This document shows positions 60,718 to 64,000 of a DNA stretch of 64,000 bases, one piece after another. The notes under the pieces are model-generated. The model was not told the DNA's origin. It was given only the letters and a program-made list of their open reading frames with translations, and ran no database searches. The stretch comes from a virus. The position numbers and the translations under genes were made by a program. Position 1 is the stretch's first letter; each line of letters starts with the position of its first letter. The stretch lies in IMG/VR virus record IMGVR_UViG_3300021962_000027; one strand, written 5' to 3'.

Positions 60718-61407
60718 ATGGTACAGATATTAGGGGATATTCACGGGAATTTCCAAAAACTTTACATGAAAGCTATGACCGCAAAAGATACCACCATTAT
60801 TCAGGTTGGTGATTTTGGTGTTGGATTCCGTAGTCGTGAAAGAATGGATGTTGAGATGATCGATATTAATAAACGATTAGAAAAAAATAATAACCGATTA
60901 TTAGTAATTCGTGGTAATCATGATGATCCAGCATATTTTGATGGTAACTATAATTTTAGTAATATAGAATTCTTACCAGATTATACTGTTAGAACAATTG
61001 AAGGTAGGAATTACTTATTCGTTGGGGGTGCTATCAGTATCGATAGATGTCAGAGAAAAGCTGGTGTTGATTATTGGCCAGACGAGAAATTTGTTCTGGA
61101 TATTGACAAAATAAACGCAATCCAAGAAAACATCGATATTGTCATAGCGCATAGCTCCCCAAGCTTTTGTGAACCAGTATATTTTAATGAATTGGTTTGG
61201 TGGTTTGTCGCACAAGACCCTTCTTTACACGATGAGTTGTTGCGTGAAAGAAAAGATTTTGAAACAATGCATGAGACTTTAAAGCTTAATGGCCATAGGG
61301 TTGAATATTGGTTCAACGGACATTTTCATTTCACAAAAGAAGAATTAATAAACGATACCAACTTTAGATTGCTTGGTATTGACACATTTTACGAATTTAA
61401 CCATTAA
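60718..61407 (+). CDS. Calcineurin-like metallophosphoesterase
   Basis: GDIHG, GDFG, GNHD, GGA.SID, AHSSP, GHFH. Confidence 0.9.
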   Translation: MVQILGDIHGNFQKLYMKAMTAKDTTIIQVGDFGVGFRSRERMDVEMIDINKRLEKNNNRLLVIRGNHDDPAYFDGNYNFSNIEFLPDYTVRTIEGRNYLFVGGAISIDRCQRKAGVDYWPDEKFVLDIDKINAIQENIDIVIAHSSPSFCEPVYFNELVWWFVAQDPSLHDELLRERKDFETMHETLKLNGHRVEYWFNGHFHFTKEELINDTNFRLLGIDTFYEFNH

Positions 61408-61408
61408 C

Positions 61409-61663
61409 ATGAGTAACGAACAAGAACAAGAACAAAAACCTAAAGGTATTTTATTTGGTATGCTGGCGTATATGTCAGAAGAGGAATACCAAGAATTTTT
61501 AGGGAAAATAAAAGAGGGTTCTGAACCCGAGATTATTTTAGTTGTAAACGCTGCGCTAAGATACGCACAAACAAAAGGCGCATTTACTCTTGAGGAATCA
61601 GAGGTGATAATTAATACATTAAAAATATTTAGTCAAGAAGATGGAGAAGCCAAAGGTAGTTAA
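61409..61663 (+). CDS. Hypothetical protein
   Basis: ATG 1 nt after the preceding stop; 84 aa. Confidence 0.6.
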   Translation: MSNEQEQEQKPKGILFGMLAYMSEEEYQEFLGKIKEGSEPEIILVVNAALRYAQTKGAFTLEESEVIINTLKIFSQEDGEAKGS

Positions 61664-62030
61664 TTTATTAGAATGCCCAGAATGTAATATCCCGAAGGGT
61701 TGGGGACATGAAGTCATAATCGCTAATAATGAACTTTATTGTGGTAAATTATTGGTGTTTAAAAAAGGGTGTAAGTTTTCGATGCATTACCATATGATCA
61801 AAGATGAAACATGGTTTGTAGATGAAGGGTCTTTCATTTATAGGTGGATTGATACTGAAACGGCTGAGGTGCATGAACAACATATTTATCCAGGAGATTC
61901 TGTTAGACAATTCCCTGGACAACCACATCAACTAGAGGCGGTGACGGATGGTGTTGTATTTGAGGTATCAACAACACACTTTGACTCAGACTCATATCGG
62001 GTTTGGAGAGGTGATTCACAAAAAAAATAA
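61641..62030 (+). CDS. Cupin-domain protein (sugar isomerase-like)
   Basis: KGWGHE, SMHYH..KDETW, PHQL, FEVST..D.YR. Confidence 0.85.
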   Translation: MEKPKVVNLLECPECNIPKGWGHEVIIANNELYCGKLLVFKKGCKFSMHYHMIKDETWFVDEGSFIYRWIDTETAEVHEQHIYPGDSVRQFPGQPHQLEAVTDGVVFEVSTTHFDSDSYRVWRGDSQKK

Positions 62031-62077
62031 TTTAGTATTTGGTTTTTTATTAAAATTTAATTATTATTATAGGAATT

Positions 62078-62473
62078 ATGGGATTATTATATAAAATCGC
62101 TAAATGGAGCGTAAATAGATTGATAAAAAAAGGTGTTGATTTAACCGATCTTGTTGAAACCGATAATGTTACTAAAAACATTAGAAAAATTATTAATTCT
62201 TTAAACGATGAGTTACTTGTTTTACAAGACGAATTCTCGCTTAAACGCATTGAAATAATTGATCTACAAAGTGATTTAATCCAAACACTGGAACCAACTA
62301 TAATGGGGTTTTTAGCTGAAACAGATGATCATATTGTTAAAACTACTATGACGAAAATATGGTTTGATAAAACAGCAAAAATTAATGAGGTTATTGAGGA
62401 CCATGAGGGTATAATCGCAAAATTTGCCAACAAACACGAACAATTAGAAAAACTTGAAAATAAATTAAGGTAA
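62078..62473 (+). CDS. Hypothetical coiled-coil protein
   Basis: 131-aa ORF. Confidence 0.55.
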   Translation: MGLLYKIAKWSVNRLIKKGVDLTDLVETDNVTKNIRKIINSLNDELLVLQDEFSLKRIEIIDLQSDLIQTLEPTIMGFLAETDDHIVKTTMTKIWFDKTAKINEVIEDHEGIIAKFANKHEQLEKLENKLR

Positions 62474-62475
62474 TT

Positions 62476-64000
62476 ATGAAATTTAAAGAATTAACAGAAG
62501 AACAAATTAATAAAGCCAAAGAGATTTATACTGACAAAGATTTATCTTGGGATGATAGAATGAAATTGCTTATGGATTTATTTGGTAAATCTGAAAGAAC
62601 TGTAAGAAAATGGTGTTCGGAGAAGCTAAACTTTAAAGAGAAGGTTGACATTGAGCCAGAACAATATGTTAAGGCTAAAGCTAGGGTTCATGATGAAAAT
62701 AAAAAACGTTTTATTATCAGCTGGGCTCAAAATAATACACCAGCTCACACACCTTTCATGAAAAACATGGAAGCTTATGCTGACTTTATTGATGCTGATA
62801 TACACATAATCGCTGGTAGGTATAAAAACCCAACTAGTGTATGGACAAATGAGCAAGCCTCTGATGAATTTTGGCATGATGACTTCTTACCTTATCTTGA
62901 TGCTAATAGACATGATATTCATAAGTATGTGTCGATTTTATCCGATATTAAGATTCAACCAACAGCCGTTAACCCAATGACGGGTTTACAAGCGTTAAGC
63001 GGTATTAATTCATGTATCTTTGGTAGCCCAAAAGTTCAAATGGAAATGATACCAGTTTTGGAAGGTAATAAACCTAAAATGGTGCTAACAACAGGTGCTG
63101 CAACAAAAAAGAACTATACCGACTCTAAATCAGGTAAGACTGGTGATTTCCACCACACATATGGTTTTGTGATTGTTGAAATAAAAGATGATGAAACGTT
63201 TTTTGTTAGACAAGTGACAGCGAATGATAACTCAGGTGCTTTCACAGACTTATGTCATAGGGTTGAGGGTGGTAAAGTTTCTATTATTGATGGTATCTCA
63301 GCTATTATTTTAGGTGATATACACTACGGCCACCACGATCAGGATGTGATTGATAAAACACATGAATTACTTAATATTATTAAACCAGAACATGTTATAT
63401 TACATGACGTATTTGACGGTAATTCAATAAGTCACCACGAAATGAAAGATCCGTTTATTCAATACGCTAAGGAAATAAATGACACCAACTCAGTTGAAAA
63501 AGAGATTAATGGTATGTTGGAAGGCTTGGAGTCTTTTAGGGGTTATAAGAATGTAGTTATTGTTAGAAGTAACCATGATGATTTTTTAGATCGATGGTTA
63601 AAGAATGAAGATTGGAAGCGACAACCAACGAGTAAAAACTCTTTAGCTTATATGGAGTACTCAACTATGCTGTTGAAACAATATGCTAAGGGTGAGGTCA
63701 AAGGTGTTATCCCTGAGATAATCAACCAGAGGTTCCCTAAGTTTATAACATTAAATAGAAATGCTTCTTACATGGTTAAGAACTGGGAGCTTGGACAACA
63801 TGGTGATGTTGGTTCTAATGGTAGTAGAGGTTCTTTATTACAATTTAGAAAACTAAATACTAAGATTGTTGTTGGTCACTACCACTCACCTGGTAGAAAA
63901 GATGGTGCCTTAGCTGTCGGTACCTCAACAAAATTAAGAGTCGGTTATAACATTGGACCAAGTTCATGGTTACAATCGCATGTGATCATCCACAAAGATG
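62476..64000 (+). CDS. N-terminal HTH + metallophosphoesterase/nuclease (resembles T5 A1-like proteins); runs off the window end and is absent from the ORF track
   Basis: Open frame from ATG 62476 (MKFKELTEEQI..GKSERTVRKW); contains LGDIHYG, HDVFDG, SNHDD, QHGD, GHYHSP. Confidence 0.8.
   Translation, partial: MKFKELTEEQINKAKEIYTDKDLSWDDRMKLLMDLFGKSERTVRKWCSEKLNFKEKVDIEPEQYVKAKARVHDENKKRFIISWAQNNTPAHTPFMKNMEAYADFIDADIHIIAGRYKNPTSVWTNEQASDEFWHDDFLPYLDANRHDIHKYVSILSDIKIQPTAVNPMTGLQALSGINSCIFGSPKVQMEMIPVLEGNKPKMVLTTGAATKKNYTDSKSGKTGDFHHTYGFVIVEIKDDETFFVRQVTANDNSGAFTDLCHRVEGGKVSIIDGISAIILGDIHYGHHDQDVIDKTHELLNIIKPEHVILHDVFDGNSISHHEMKDPFIQYAKEINDTNSVEKEINGMLEGLESFRGYKNVVIVRSNHDDFLDRWLKNEDWKRQPTSKNSLAYMEYSTMLLKQYAKGEVKGVIPEIINQRFPKFITLNRNASYMVKNWELGQHGDVGSNGSRGSLLQFRKLNTKIVVGHYHSPGRKDGALAVGTSTKLRVGYNIGPSSWLQSHVIIHKD

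Noticed and set aside
1876-62877. Numerous 60-160 aa antisense or out-of-frame ORFs nested in long genes
   Set aside because: They are fully overlapped by well-supported genes and lack recognisable motifs or expression signals.
1-64000. Stop-codon reassignment (the accepted genes I checked end in TAA or TGA, none in TAG)
   Set aside because: Conserved genes are full length under code 11 and coding density is high; TAG avoidance is expected in AT-rich DNA.

Overview
AT-rich, gene-dense segment of a large (jumbo-type) contractile-tailed phage genome. The host is almost certainly in Bacteroidota: there are TTTG-N19/20-TAnnTTTG promoters, no Shine-Dalgarno signals, and Bacteroidota-like RpoD, ClpP and RNR genes. 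Gene order: class Ia RNR (nrdB 3' end, nrdA); a ~24 kb baseplate/tail module (gp25, gp6/J-like, a 2442-aa wedge/receptor protein, tail-collar-like proteins); a replication/recombination block (RuvC, primase, PD-(D/E)XK exonuclease, SbcD, SbcC) plus an RpoD-like sigma; a late block of membrane proteins, a degenerate amidase, an ArdC-like metallopeptidase and acidic putative head-internal proteins; individually promoted host-interaction cassettes (DUF2828/vWA, ClpP, LRR protein, phosphoesterases, cupin); and two Gly-X-Y fibre genes. The best new-system candidate is a DUF2828 (TROVE/Ro60-like + vWA) gene co-transcribed with a ~174-nt GC-enriched RNA-like element. That element has a long bulged 5'/3' closing stem and is followed by a terminator, suggesting a phage Ro60/Y-RNA-like ribonucleoprotein. 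All family calls come from motif recognition by eye; no database searches were run.
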